Source: Eledone cirrhosa (lineage: Eukaryota). From it: a DNA stretch of 64,000 nucleotides. Within the stretch, counting starts at the first letter, position 1; the number at the start of each line of letters is the position of its first letter. Below the pieces are notes generated by a model that searched no databases, was not told the origin of the DNA, and was given only the letters and a program-made list of their open reading frames with translations. The position numbers and the translations under genes were made by a program. The stretch covers positions 287,928,001 through 287,992,000 of the forward strand of contig OZ024743.1 of assembly GCA_964016885.1 (NCBI GenBank). Reading direction: 5' to 3'. Positions 63,358 through 64,000 of the stretch are shown here, in pieces.

Positions 63358-63667
63358 CACATGCACATGATATATATATGTGTGTGTATGTGTATATATA
63401 TATATATAGATGAAAGATATACATATACATTTGAAATGTAATAATCCCAACAAAAATGGCGATAACAATAGTCGGTCACTGTAGATAACTTGCAAAATGG
63501 GGTTAAGTGCCCCTGGTGAGGAAAACATATGGATAGAGATGTGTACCTGAGCAGGTGTGACAGTGTTGTCCTCGTGCATCTTTCATGCTGGCAATGGTAG
63601 TGAGAATATTACTCTCTCTTGCGTTAAAACTATTTTAATGCATATGCTGTGAAGTTGTAATGTGTGT

Positions 63668-63740
<73 letters not shown>

Positions 63741-64000
63741 CTATATATATATTTATATATATATATATATATATACATCGTATTTGATGTCATATAAGAT
63801 CGCAGGCTTATAAGCGCTTCCACATTTCAGCTAGTTAAATGAGGCAAAAATGTGTGATTACGGGTAGGCATCTAATGTTACTAAGACATGCAGCTGCATT
63901 ATAATAGACAGAAAAATGCAAAACATGCAACTTTTTAATGATAATATCTTGGAATTCAAGATAAATAGCAAAGTAGCTTGACTTCAAAAGTATTTTATAA

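Noticed and set aside
63410-63600. Possible host exon
   Set aside because: No recognisable protein similarity or convincing splice pair.

Overview
AT-rich, microsatellite-saturated eukaryotic DNA with no recognisable host-gene exon. The tRNA-SINE families and the (TA)n/(CA)n/(TATG)n load suggest a cephalopod, probably Octopus; this is inference. Almost all long ORFs are repeat artefacts. The real coding remnants are decayed retroelements: five Penelope-like (RT/GIY-YIG) fragments, all on the - strand and bounded by (TA)n, R4/Dong-type RLE non-LTR elements in (CATA)n, and RTE fragments. Also present are bipartite RTE-derived non-autonomous elements, SINEs, MITEs, a Helitron remnant, 30/31/36-bp minisatellites and several fold-back structures. 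The main unannotated signal is a set of hammerhead ribozymes (HHR) read by eye. (i) A non-coding ~450-466-bp tandem retrozyme-like family has three diverged members (1-644, 13018-13388 with copy 15047-15335, and 50373-53806 with 7 minimal HHRs). They share covarying hairpins, the two arrays carry an ATGCAAAT octamer in a conserved stem, visible 5' ends lie at the predicted cleavage site, and 3' ends run into (TA)n. (ii) Three unrelated sequences carry type-I HHRs with a U3-A8 variant core (UUGANAA) and enlarged domain II. None of the folds was computed or tested.
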